A program made the position numbers and the translations under genes. A stretch of 64,000 bases of DNA from Dehalococcoidia bacterium (GTDB lineage Bacteria > Chloroflexota > Dehalococcoidia > Lucifugimonadales > JADFKI01): the NCBI GenBank assembly GCA_965243355.1, contig OZ251547.1:1815475-1879474 (forward strand), in the 5' to 3' direction. The notes below the pieces were generated by a model. That model ran no database searches. It saw only the letters and a program-made list of their open reading frames with translations, and was not told where the DNA came from. Positions within the stretch are counted from its first letter, which is position 1. Each line of letters opens with the position of its first letter. This document shows, piece by piece, positions 1 to 9,171 of this stretch.

Positions 1-1533
1 GCTGCCTGAGAGGTAGAAGTCTTCGGCGTATCGGCTGCCTACGGCTTTGGGATTTTTGAAGGGCGGCGGGACATACACAATTTTGTCCTCAGTGATGGGG
101 CGGATGGCGTCGAAGTCGGCGAGTTCGCGGGTTTGGCGGGCGTGGTCGTCCGGGTGGTAGCCTAGTTGGGAGATCTGATACGCCGCAAACGCGAACACGA
201 ACACGGCGGCGGCGGCGGCGAGCATTATCAGCCGGTCGCTTGATTGGCGGCGCAGCCACAGCAGGGCGAAGGCGAAGAATGTGAGGGGCATGCCGATGTA
301 GTGCAGCGCCTCGAATTCGTGAAAGACTATGTTGAATCGGAAGGGGACAGCCCAGAAGAATCCGTAGAAGGCTAGGGTAGCCCATAGGATTTTGCGGCGG
401 GTGAACTCTATGCCGATGCCGCAGGCGGCGAATACGGCTATGCCGGCGAGCGCCCAGTGCAGGTCGAATTCGGGGGCGCGCGCGATTGCGTAGCCGGGCA
501 GGGGCAGCGCGTAGGGCGCGGACATTACGCCTATGCGATTGAATTGCTGCTCAATGACCCTGCCCCAGGGCCAGATTTCGCTTAGGGGCGCGCCAAGATC
601 GGCCTCAAACGCCTCGTTTAGGTTGCCGGTGCTGCGGCGGATCATAGATGTGAAAGAGGGGAGTTCGGTTAGGGCGACTCTGCCGTCAAAGGCGCGGTAT
701 TCGTTGGCGAAGTTGTATGACAGCAGGGATGCGCCGAATGCGAAGGTTGCGACGCCGAGCAGCAGGTATTGGCTGCGAAACAGGGCGGACGCCGAGCGGC
801 GCGCGCGGGATAGCAGGGATTGCGCGAGGGATGCGGCAGGGGCGGGTGAGCGCAGGGTTGCGATTAGCTCGGCGGATGCGCCGATGATGATAAAGGGCAG
901 CAGCAGGGCGTAGACGTGCCAGCCGAGCAGCAGGGCGGCGCAGGATTTGAGCAGCAGTTGGGGAAAGCGGCGCTCTTGGGCGAATACGACCATGCCGTGA
1001 AATGAAAGCATCACGCCGAACAGGGAGGGCGTGGTTTCGGTGCATATCATATCGGAGTAGTAGAGAAGGAAGAACGAGGAGAAGGCGAGCAGGACGGCGG
1101 CGAGAGCTATCCAAGGGCGGCCTGTGAGGCGGCTTAGGGCTAGGTATGCCATAAGCGCGGCGGCGGCGTAGAACAGCAGCATCGCGGTTTGGGCGGCGTA
1201 GAGCTGGGCGGATAGGCTGCCGCCGAATGGGAGGGTGGCGAGTTTGGTCAAGACGAATCCGCCTATGGGAAAGCGGTTGTATAGTTCGTATTGGGTTGCG
1301 CCGTCGTCGGAGACCAGCCTTTGGTGGTAGTAGCCAAGAAAGCGGTTTTCAAGGGATATGTTGGCGATTAGCGCCATGTAGTGGCCGCTGTTCCGGCCGT
1401 GCGTGCCGTAGCGGTAGAAGTGGCCGCGCTCGTTGCTGAATATGAACACGCTGGACAGCGTTAGCAGCAGGACGAGGAGGGGCAGGATGGGGGAGCGCCG
1501 CAGTTTGGCGAGGTTGGGGATTGTTGGCGTCAT
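1..1533 (-). CDS. Polytopic membrane protein, ArnT/PMT-like glycosyltransferase family (3-prime end lies outside the window)
   Basis: My own translation of the minus strand from ATG 1533 (MTPTIPNLAKLRRSPILPLLVLLL...) stays open to position 1. It is absent from the ORF track because no stop lies in the window. Many hydrophobic segments; the other minus frames give only Arg-rich junk. Confidence 0.55.
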   Translation of the reverse strand, partial: MTPTIPNLAKLRRSPILPLLVLLLTLSSVFIFSNERGHFYRYGTHGRNSGHYMALIANISLENRFLGYYHQRLVSDDGATQYELYNRFPIGGFVLTKLATLPFGGSLSAQLYAAQTAMLLFYAAAALMAYLALSRLTGRPWIALAAVLLAFSSFFLLYYSDMICTETTPSLFGVMLSFHGMVVFAQERRFPQLLLKSCAALLLGWHVYALLLPFIIIGASAELIATLRSPAPAASLAQSLLSRARRSASALFRSQYLLLGVATFAFGASLLSYNFANEYRAFDGRVALTELPSFTSMIRRSTGNLNEAFEADLGAPLSEIWPWGRVIEQQFNRIGVMSAPYALPLPGYAIARAPEFDLHWALAGIAVFAACGIGIEFTRRKILWATLAFYGFFWAVPFRFNIVFHEFEALHYIGMPLTFFAFALLWLRRQSSDRLIMLAAAAAVFVFAFAAYQISQLGYHPDDHARQTRELADFDAIRPITEDKIVYVPPPFKNPKAVGSRYAEDFYLSGS

Positions 1534-1586
1534 TGTGGGGGGAATTATAGCATAGGGGGGCGTATGGCTGACAATGGACGGGGGGG

Positions 1587-1630
1587 CTCTACTTTTTTAG
1601 GAAAAAAGTAGCAAAAAACTTTTGAGTGGG
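1587..1630 (+). repeat. AT-rich dyad element, copy 1
   Basis: ctctacttttttaggaaaaaagtagcaaaaaacttttgagtggg. Lies in the divergent spacer between gene starts 1533(-) and 1766(+). Confidence 0.9.
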
Positions 1631-1765
1631 CGTCGATGGGTGGGATTGGGTGGGGGCAAAGGGGTATAGCGGTTTCAATTGGACTTGCGGCTACTTTGTA
1701 GCCTATAATTTGGGGGAATTGGCGACCGAATTCAGGGCAAAGCAGCAAAGAGGAGCAGTTGGCAG

Positions 1766-2818
1766 ATGGCAGATACTATCAGGATAGGATTTGTGGGGGC
1801 GGGCGGGAATACCGAGCTTAGGCATATTCCGGGGTTTAAGGCGATAGAGGGGGTGGAGCTGGTGAGCGTGGCGAATCGCAGCCGGGCGTCGGGGCAGCGC
1901 ATCGCGGATAAGCACGGGCTGGCGGAGGTGTACGACGATTGGGTGGAGCTGATAGAGGCGGATGATACGGACGCCATCTGCATCGGGACGTGGCCGTATA
2001 TGCACAGGGATATGGTGCTGGCGGCGCTGGAGTCGGACAAGCATGTGCAGACAGAGGCGCGGATGGCGATGGACGCGGCGCAGGCGCGCGAGATGCTGGA
2101 CGCGTCAAGGCTGGCGCCGCATCTGGTTACGCAGATAGTTCCCTCGCCGATGACGCTGCGGGTGGATAGCACGGTGAAGGAGCTCATCGCCAACGATTAC
2201 CTGGGGGAGGTGTATTCGGTCAATCTGGTGGTGAACGACCGGACGATGCACCCGGCGGGTTTCGTGACGCCGCAAGCGCCATTTCACTGGCGGCACAACC
2301 GCGATTTCAGCGGGTACAACATAATGCAGATGGGGATCTGGTATGAGGCGATGATGCGCTGGGTTGGGCCGGCGCAGAGCGTCCAGGCGCTGACGCGGGT
2401 TCATGTGAAGAGCAGGGCGGACGGGAACGGGAACGCGCAGGTCATCACGATACCGGATCACATAGAGGTTCTGTGCGAGATGTATTCGGGGCCGCTGCTG
2501 CATATCCGGATGAGCGCGGTTACGGGGCATTCGCCGACGAATGGCGCTTGGCTGTTCGGGAGCGATGGGACGCTGTTCGTGGAGTCGCCGGGGATGCGGC
2601 TGCTGGGCGGTCGACGCGACGACGGCGAGATGGCTGAGATAGACATTCCCGCCGAAAAGCAGGGGGATTGGCGGGTGGAGGAGGAGTTCATCAACGCGAT
2701 ACGGGGAGAGGAAGAGATAACGCATACGAACTTCGCGGACGGGGTTCGGTATATGGAGTTCACGGAGGCGGTGACGCTGAGCGCGCAGTCGGGGGAGAAG
2801 GTGCATTTGCCGCTGTAA
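1766..2818 (+). CDS. Gfo/Idh/MocA family NAD(P)-dependent oxidoreductase
   Basis: N-terminal Rossmann motif IRIGFVGAGGN, 350 aa, typical family length and layout. Confidence 0.8.
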   Translation: MADTIRIGFVGAGGNTELRHIPGFKAIEGVELVSVANRSRASGQRIADKHGLAEVYDDWVELIEADDTDAICIGTWPYMHRDMVLAALESDKHVQTEARMAMDAAQAREMLDASRLAPHLVTQIVPSPMTLRVDSTVKELIANDYLGEVYSVNLVVNDRTMHPAGFVTPQAPFHWRHNRDFSGYNIMQMGIWYEAMMRWVGPAQSVQALTRVHVKSRADGNGNAQVITIPDHIEVLCEMYSGPLLHIRMSAVTGHSPTNGAWLFGSDGTLFVESPGMRLLGGRRDDGEMAEIDIPAEKQGDWRVEEEFINAIRGEEEITHTNFADGVRYMEFTEAVTLSAQSGEKVHLPL

Positions 2819-2966
2819 GGGCGGGGGTTGCGCGGCCTGGCGGCGGCGTACATCCTGCGATGATGCTGATGCCGTCGGTGGTCGCAAGCGTGGGGCCGGC
2901 GGCGTATATTCTGCGGTAATAGCAATGCCGCCGGCCCCCGCCATTGCGCGGGCCGGCGGCAGGCAA

Positions 2967-3296
2967 TCAAGTTTGGTGGCGCAAGGTGGGGATTTCGGCC
3001 TCGGCGGTTCGGGCGACGTTTTCCGCGCCTAGGCGGGCTATGGAAATGGCGGGGAGGGTTGTGGTGTGGAGGCCGGCTGACGCGCCGAGTTCTAGGGCGA
3101 AGCGGGCGGCGGCCTCGTTGTCGTCTGCCTCCATAATCGCGACGAAGTCTATGCTGCCCAGGACGGCGTATAGGCCTAGGATGCTGGCGTCTGGGGCGGC
3201 GATGTCGGATTCGGCGCGCAGGATGATGTTGGAGTCGGCTAGGATTTTGTCGCGGCCTTCGGGGGTTAGGGTGATTAGCAGGATGTATCTTGCCAT
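2967..3296 (-). CDS. GYD domain protein
   Basis: MARYILLITLTPEGRDKI... resembles the GYD family. GGAGG lies upstream of ATG 3296. The longer track ORF (to 3431) has no better start context. Confidence 0.6.
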   Translation of the reverse strand: MARYILLITLTPEGRDKILADSNIILRAESDIAAPDASILGLYAVLGSIDFVAIMEADDNEAAARFALELGASAGLHTTTLPAISIARLGAENVARTAEAEIPTLRHQT

Positions 3297-3468
3297 AGCG
3301 GGGCAGCCTCCTTGCGGCAATTCGCTTGCCCTCTTGTTATAAAGGGCTATAATGGCTGTAAAAGTGACACAATCAGCGCGATAGGGCGCGGCGGTTTGCG
3401 CCTCAGCATCCCTAATATAGCAGATAATCACGAATGTAACGATATTGCGATACGCGGAGGGGGACAGA

Positions 3469-4647
3469 ATGGATTATTCGGGGATATTTTCCAAGAATTT
3501 GCCCGCGGCGGTGGATATGCCGGCGGGATTGGGGGCGGATGTCAAGCATATCTTCTCGGTGACCAACGCTGTGCCGCAGTGCATAGACGGGGGGAAATAC
3601 GCGGAGGCAATGGGCAGCATATTGGCGCGGGAGGCGGCGTCGCTGGCGGGGTATCCGGGGGCGAAGGGGCATGAGGGGCTGCGGTCGCTGATAGCGGCGG
3701 AGCTGCGGGACAAGCGGGGGGTTGAGGCGGATCTGGAGGACATATTCCTGACGGACGGCGCGGGCGGGGCTATTCGCAAGCTTGTGGACGCTTTCGTGGA
3801 TGCGGGGGATGTGGTGATAGCGGAGGAGTTCACCTATTCGGGGACGCTGAAGATGCTGTTGGAAAAGCGGGCTGAGGTGGTTCACATAGAGTCGGACGGG
3901 GATGGGATGAACACGGACGCGCTGGAGCAGGCGGTCAGGGATTTGACGGCGCGGGGGAAGAAGCCGAAGCTGATATACACAATTCCGGTGTATCAGAACC
4001 CGACGGGGGCGACGCTGAGCGCTGATCGGCGGGTTCAGATGCTGCGGATTGCGGCTGAGAATGAGATACCGATCATAGAGAACGAGTCGTATGCGGATTT
4101 TCGGATAGACGGCGAGCCGCTGCCGCCGGCGATGCGGGGGATGGATGACGGGGGGATGGTGATATATGTGTCGTCGTACACGAAACTGATGGGTTGCGGG
4201 CTGCGCGTGGGGTTTTGCGTCGCGCCGCAGCAGGTGCAGGATGTTTTGTGGGGGGGCAATCCGAGTCAGCTGGCGACGATGATGATCTCGGAGTACTTGC
4301 ACAATCACAAGGCGGCGCATGTGGAGAGCGTGCGGCGGGCGCTGCTTGCGCGGCGTGATGCGCTGCTGGGGGCGCTTGGGGAAAACTTCCCGGCGACGTG
4401 CGAATGGGGGACGCCGCATGGGGGGATGATGGCGTGGGTGAGGCTGCCTGAGGGCGCGGACGGCTGGGGGGCGCTGGATGGGGCGGTGGAGGCGGGCGTT
4501 AAGTATAATCCGGGCGGGATATATCGCGCGGGGCGGGACCGCAACAACTATGTGCGGCTGACGTATAGCCATAATACGCCGGAAGAGATTCGGGATGGGG
4601 TTGCGATACTGGCGGATGTGTTTCAGCGGGAGGGGTTGTTTGGGTAG
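3469..4647 (+). CDS. PLP-dependent aminotransferase (class I/II fold)
   Basis: SYTKLMGCGLRVG matches a PLP-lysine motif and YQNPTG is a typical motif. GGAGGGGG RBS precedes ATG 3469. Confidence 0.8.
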   Translation: MDYSGIFSKNLPAAVDMPAGLGADVKHIFSVTNAVPQCIDGGKYAEAMGSILAREAASLAGYPGAKGHEGLRSLIAAELRDKRGVEADLEDIFLTDGAGGAIRKLVDAFVDAGDVVIAEEFTYSGTLKMLLEKRAEVVHIESDGDGMNTDALEQAVRDLTARGKKPKLIYTIPVYQNPTGATLSADRRVQMLRIAAENEIPIIENESYADFRIDGEPLPPAMRGMDDGGMVIYVSSYTKLMGCGLRVGFCVAPQQVQDVLWGGNPSQLATMMISEYLHNHKAAHVESVRRALLARRDALLGALGENFPATCEWGTPHGGMMAWVRLPEGADGWGALDGAVEAGVKYNPGGIYRAGRDRNNYVRLTYSHNTPEEIRDGVAILADVFQREGLFG

Positions 4648-4701
4648 GCGGGGCGTGATGCGCCGCCGTTCATCTCAGTCCTTGTTGCGTAGCGTGACGT
4701 T

Positions 4702-5943
4702 ATGACATACGCGGCGGATTTGCATCTACACTCGCCTTACGCGCGGGCTACTAGCGGGCAGCTGACCTTTGACAATATGGCGCGCTGGGCGCGGGTGAAG
4801 GGGATTGATCTGATGGCGAGCGCGGATTTTACGCATCCGGTTTGGTTCGCTGAGACCAAGCGGGCGCTGACGCCGCTGGGGAACGGGCTGTATGAGCGTG
4901 GCGGCGCGCGGTTTGTTATAGGGACTGAGGTGAACTGCAGCGGGATGCAGGGGGGCAGGAACCGGCGGGTTCATATGCTTGTGTTCGCGCCGTGCGTTGG
5001 GGTGGCGGAGCGGGTGAACGCGGCGCTGGCGGGCAAGGGGGCGCTGGCGGCGGATGGGCGGCCGACGCTGCGTATGACGCCGCGCGAGCTGCTGGGGCGG
5101 CTGCTGGATATAGACGACCGAATGATGCTGATACCGGCGCACGCATGGACGCCGCATTTCGGCGTGTATGGGGAAAGGTCGGGGTTTGATTCGCTGGGGG
5201 AGTGCTTTGGGGATCTTGCGCCGCATATCCGCGCGATAGAGACGGGGCTGTCAAGCGATCCGGCTATGAATTGGCGCGTTCCCGAATTGGATGATGTGAG
5301 CATCGTTTCGTTTTCGGACGCGCATTCGTTGCCTAAGATGGGGCGGGAACTGACGGTGATAGACGGGGAACTGAGTTATGAGGGGTTGCGGGCGGCGTTG
5401 GATGGGCAGGGGATTGCTTATACGGTGGAGTTTTTTCCTGAGGAGGGGAAGTATCATAATTCGGGGCATCGCAGGTGCGGGGTTAGTTTGTCGCCGGAGG
5501 AGGCGCTGTTGGCGGGCGGGCGGTGTCCGGAGTGCGGCGGGCGTTTGACGGCGGGGGTGTTGGAGCGGGTGGATATGTTGGCGCGACGGCAAGCGGATGG
5601 GGCAGACGGGTTGGATCGTGGTGATGGCAAGGGTCGGCCGCCGTTTAGGTCGTTGGTGGGGTTGCAGCAGATTGTTGCTGAGAGCGTGGGAAGGGGCGTG
5701 AATACTAAGGGAGTGCAGGGTCGGTATATGCGTTTGGTGGAGGGGGTTGGGAGCGAGCTGCATATATTGACGGCGGCGGCGATTGGGGATATAGCGGCGG
5801 TTGGGGGGGAGCGTATCGCTGAGGGGGTTGAGCGGGTTCGGAGGGGGGATATTGTGATTGAGCCGGGGTATGATGGGGTGTATGGGCGGGTGAGGGTGTG
5901 GCCGGATGGCGATAAGGGGGCGTGGCAGTTGGGGTTGGGGTGA
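4702..5943 (+). CDS. PHP-domain protein, endonuclease Q-like (TIGR00375-type)
   Basis: N-terminal DLHLHSPYA PHP metal motif plus a zinc ribbon CPECGGRLTAGVLERV, as I recall for EndoQ-family proteins. Confidence 0.6.
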   Translation: MTYAADLHLHSPYARATSGQLTFDNMARWARVKGIDLMASADFTHPVWFAETKRALTPLGNGLYERGGARFVIGTEVNCSGMQGGRNRRVHMLVFAPCVGVAERVNAALAGKGALAADGRPTLRMTPRELLGRLLDIDDRMMLIPAHAWTPHFGVYGERSGFDSLGECFGDLAPHIRAIETGLSSDPAMNWRVPELDDVSIVSFSDAHSLPKMGRELTVIDGELSYEGLRAALDGQGIAYTVEFFPEEGKYHNSGHRRCGVSLSPEEALLAGGRCPECGGRLTAGVLERVDMLARRQADGADGLDRGDGKGRPPFRSLVGLQQIVAESVGRGVNTKGVQGRYMRLVEGVGSELHILTAAAIGDIAAVGGERIAEGVERVRRGDIVIEPGYDGVYGRVRVWPDGDKGAWQLGLG

Positions 5944-5972
5944 TGTGAGAGTTGTAGGGGCGCTTACGGCAA

Positions 5973-6173
5973 CTAAGAATAGTGCTTGGCGCGTTGGATT
6001 AGGAAGGCGATCATTATGGCGGTGGGGATTGCCACTATGATTAAGCCTAGCAGGATGATGTTGGCGAAGGGGCCTAGCCCTAGCAGGTTGTCTATGATGT
6101 GGCGGATCCAGTCTAGCAGGACGGGGTCGCCGGGCTCGGAGTGGTGAAGGGCGACGGTTAGCAGGGGGGGCAT
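5973..6173 (-). CDS. Small membrane protein, translationally coupled to the upstream MFS gene
   Basis: ATG 6171-6173 overlaps the MFS stop TAA (6173-6175) as TAATG. The C-terminal LGPFANIILLGLIIVAIPTAIMIAFLI is a clear TM helix. The rest of track ORF 5973..6692 is Arg-rich junk. Confidence 0.45.
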   Translation of the reverse strand: MPPLLTVALHHSEPGDPVLLDWIRHIIDNLLGLGPFANIILLGLIIVAIPTAIMIAFLIQRAKHYS

Positions 6174-7711
6174 TAGTCTGACTCTCCGGCGGATGCGGTG
6201 GCTGCGGCGGGTGCGGGCTGGTAGCGTATGGAGAATCGGCGCTCTTTGACGGCGTAGCTGGCGAGGGTGGCGCCTAGCAGGGTGACGCCGGCTATGGCGA
6301 AGGGGATTTCGTATGCGCCGGTGAGGTCGTAGAGGACGCCCGCCATAAAGACGCTGATTGATCCGCCGATTTGGTGGGACATAGTGGCGAGGCCGTTTAG
6401 CGTGCCGATGTGCCTCACGCCGTAGATGTCGGCGGTGAGGGAGCTTGTGAGCGGGGGCGTGGCTATCCAAGACATTCCGGCTAGGGTGGCGAAGCCCCAT
6501 ATGCCGATGAAGGGGGGTATGGATAGGCCCCAAAGCATTGAGGCGAAGCCGGGGATTACCAGCATCACATAGGCTAGGAAGCGGATGAAGTAGATTGTGC
6601 CGAGCAGGTTTTTGCGGCTGAAGTGGTCGGATAGGACGCCGACTACGATTACGCCGACGAAGTTTAGCAGCTGCATATATGAGAATGCCCAAGCCGCCAC
6701 CGCGGGGGATATGCCCAAGTCAAGGGCGAAGGGGACGTAGTGGGCGCTGATGATGATGGTGGTTACGCCGCAGACGAAGTACGCGCCCGAAAGCAGCAGG
6801 AACGGGGGGGATCTGAGGGCGCTTGCCCAGCGGTCGGTCTCGAGGGGGGCGCGGGTGGCGCTGACGGCGCGGGATCGGGCGGCGGCGGCGCGCGACGCGG
6901 GGGATGCGTCTGATGCCGGGGATCCGTCGCCGTCGGGGGTTTCGCCGACCTCTTCGGGGGTGTTTCGCATAACGACTAGGACGAGGGGGAGGGCGAGCAG
7001 CAGGACGAATAGGCCTAGCACTACCCAGGCGTAGCGCCAGTTGGCGGCGTAGATGAGGGAGCTGGTGAAGGGGACTAGCAGAAAGCCGCCCAATGATGTG
7101 CCGGCGGTGGCTAGGCTTAGCATTATGCCGCGCTTGCGGTAGAACCATTTGGATAGGACGGAATGGACGGTGACAAGCGAAACGCCGCTGGAGGCGGTGG
7201 ACATTATGACGCCGTATATGAGTATCATATAGAGCAGGGAGGAGGATATGCGGTAGAAACCGAAGTCGATGCCGAAGTCGGGGAGGCTGCCGGATAGGGA
7301 TAGGGTGAGGGTGGACAGGCCAAGCACAAGCAGGCTGAAGGATATGACGGAGCGCGCGCCGTAGCGGTCGTAGAGCCTGCCTAGGAAGGGCTGGGTGATG
7401 GCGTTGACCATCGTGCCAACGGCGATGACGAAAGAGATTTCGGAGCGGTTTTCCCAGATGCGGTCGGCCTCCATAGTTTCAATGAAGACGCCGAATCCGT
7501 TGCGCGCGCCCATAGAGACGAACAGGGCGAAGAAACCCGCCGCCGCCACGAAATACCCGTAGTAGATGGGCTTGCGCCACAGGTCGGGTATCGCCGCCGC
7601 GTATCTGGCTAATGTCAAGTTATTGAGCAATGCGGTTTCCTTATTGCCCATACATATTGGCGATGTTGCCGATATTGCAAAGAGGGTAACATTGCGTTGG
7701 CGGATTGGCAA
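6173..7711 (-). CDS. MFS transporter
   Basis: About 12 hydrophobic segments with a central hydrophilic loop. Start is uncertain (TTG 7711 or ATG 7651). Confidence 0.8.
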   Translation of the reverse strand: MPIRQRNVTLFAISATSPICMGNKETALLNNLTLARYAAAIPDLWRKPIYYGYFVAAAGFFALFVSMGARNGFGVFIETMEADRIWENRSEISFVIAVGTMVNAITQPFLGRLYDRYGARSVISFSLLVLGLSTLTLSLSGSLPDFGIDFGFYRISSSLLYMILIYGVIMSTASSGVSLVTVHSVLSKWFYRKRGIMLSLATAGTSLGGFLLVPFTSSLIYAANWRYAWVVLGLFVLLLALPLVLVVMRNTPEEVGETPDGDGSPASDASPASRAAAARSRAVSATRAPLETDRWASALRSPPFLLLSGAYFVCGVTTIIISAHYVPFALDLGISPAVAAWAFSYMQLLNFVGVIVVGVLSDHFSRKNLLGTIYFIRFLAYVMLVIPGFASMLWGLSIPPFIGIWGFATLAGMSWIATPPLTSSLTADIYGVRHIGTLNGLATMSHQIGGSISVFMAGVLYDLTGAYEIPFAIAGVTLLGATLASYAVKERRFSIRYQPAPAAATASAGESD

Positions 7712-7787
7712 TAGGGATATGTTGGGAATTGGGCGATGTAGGGGGTAGGCGGTTGGTTTTTTTGAGATGGTTTAAGGCGTGGGGGAC

Positions 7788-7822
7788 GCTACTTTTGGAA
7801 AAGTAGGCAAAGCTTTTGGGTG
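7788..7822 (+). repeat. AT-rich dyad element, copy 2
   Basis: gctacttttggaaaagtaggcaaagcttttgggtg. Lies in the divergent spacer 7711(-)/7994(+). Confidence 0.9.
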
Positions 7823-7993
7823 TAGCAGATAGCGCTGTTTGTGTGTTGGGGCAACGGGCGCAAAGGCAGATTGCATGGGGGATTTTAGGGGCAAGAATAC
7901 GCTCAGTGGGATAGCCTGTTACAATGGTATGCGAAATAAGCAATTTAAGCCGCCGGTTAGGACGGGCAGGCTATATCAGGGGGGAATGAGAAT

Positions 7994-8791
7994 ATGCTGG
8001 TGCTAAAGGCCGCGCGGTCGGCGCGGGATAGGATTGCGGTGGTGGAGCTTTTTGGGGCGATTGGCGGGCAGATTAAGTCGCCCGCTTATGAGCAGATATT
8101 CGCGGCGGTGGCAAGGGACGCCAAGATAAAGGCGCTGGTGCTGGATATAGATTCGCCGGGGGGCGGCGTTCCGGCGTCGGATTACCTGTATCGGAGCGTG
8201 ATGAAGGTGGCGGACAAGAAACCCGTCATCGCAAGCATACGCGGGGTGGGCGCGTCGGGGGCGTACTATATCAGCTGCGCGGCGCATAAGATTGTGGCAA
8301 GCCCAGGGGCGCTGGTGGGGTCAATCGGCGTAATATCGGCGCGGCCGGCGCTGCGGGAGCTGCTGGAGCGGATGGGGGTGGGCGTGAGCGTGAACAAGAG
8401 CGCGGCGCACAAGGATATGGGCGCGTTCTGGCGGGATGCCACTCCCGAAGAGGACGCGAAGATGCAGGCGTTGATAGACGATTCGTTCAGCGCTTTCGTG
8501 GGCATAGTGGCGGCGGCGCGCAGGATGGATGAGGCGGATGTGCGGCGCATCGCAACGGGGGAGGTGTATTGGGCGCCTAAGGCGCAGGAATTGGGGCTGG
8601 TGGACGAGCTGGGGGATCTGGATAAGGCGCTGGATATGGCGGCGGAGGCGTCGGGAGCGCCGCGCAAGCCGGTGTATCTGCGGCCGAGGCGGTCGCTGCG
8701 GCAGCTGCTGCTCAATCCGGCGGCGGAGGCGCTGACCGAATCGGTTAGCAATGAAGTGGAGCGGCGGTTGTGGGCGAGTTGGATGCGGTAG
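7994..8791 (+). CDS. sppA: Signal peptide peptidase SppA, 36K type (S49)
   Basis: IDSPGGGV and GVGASGAYYIS motifs, 265 aa. Confidence 0.8.
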   Translation: MLVLKAARSARDRIAVVELFGAIGGQIKSPAYEQIFAAVARDAKIKALVLDIDSPGGGVPASDYLYRSVMKVADKKPVIASIRGVGASGAYYISCAAHKIVASPGALVGSIGVISARPALRELLERMGVGVSVNKSAAHKDMGAFWRDATPEEDAKMQALIDDSFSAFVGIVAAARRMDEADVRRIATGEVYWAPKAQELGLVDELGDLDKALDMAAEASGAPRKPVYLRPRRSLRQLLLNPAAEALTESVSNEVERRLWASWMR

Positions 8792-8859
8792 AATACGCGG
8801 CGGTTCGCCAAGCAATCGCTAGGCAATCAGGGCGCGGGCTATCCTGTCGTTATCGTCTC

Positions 8860-9110
8860 GCGCAAGCCAATCGTGTTGACTGCGACGGTTGGGATTGACT
8901 TACGATAGCCAATCGTATTAGTTGCGCCCGTTGGGATTGACTTGTGATAGCCAATCATCACCGCGCAAGTCGTTCACAAGCCATACTCATATGTCGTCGC
9001 ATAAGCCGTTAACATAAGCCGCCGCGCAAGTCATCACACAAACGGTCAACATAATTCGCCGCACAAGTCATCACGCAAACGGTCAACATAAGCGGTCAAC
9101 ATATGTCGGC
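8860..9110. repeat. Degenerate tandem repeats in a roughly 340 bp non-coding, AT-richer spacer
   Basis: ggttgggattgacttRYgatagccaatcRt occurs twice (8886-8916, 8928-8958). cgcRcaagtcatcacRcaaacggtcaacataa occurs twice (9024-9055, 9059-9091), with partial units on either side. Confidence 0.8.
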
Positions 9111-9171
9111 ACAAGCAATCTCATAAGCCATACAAGCCATTAAGCAAGCCAGCACAAGAGGGAAAACGCGA

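Noticed and set aside
3412-4572. 386 aa minus-strand ORF
   Set aside because: Antisense to the aminotransferase gene; Arg/Pro/His-rich composition.
8860-9110. Possible degenerate CRISPR array
   Set aside because: The repeats are directly adjacent or overlapping, with no unique spacers of regular length. There are two different unit families and no cas genes nearby.
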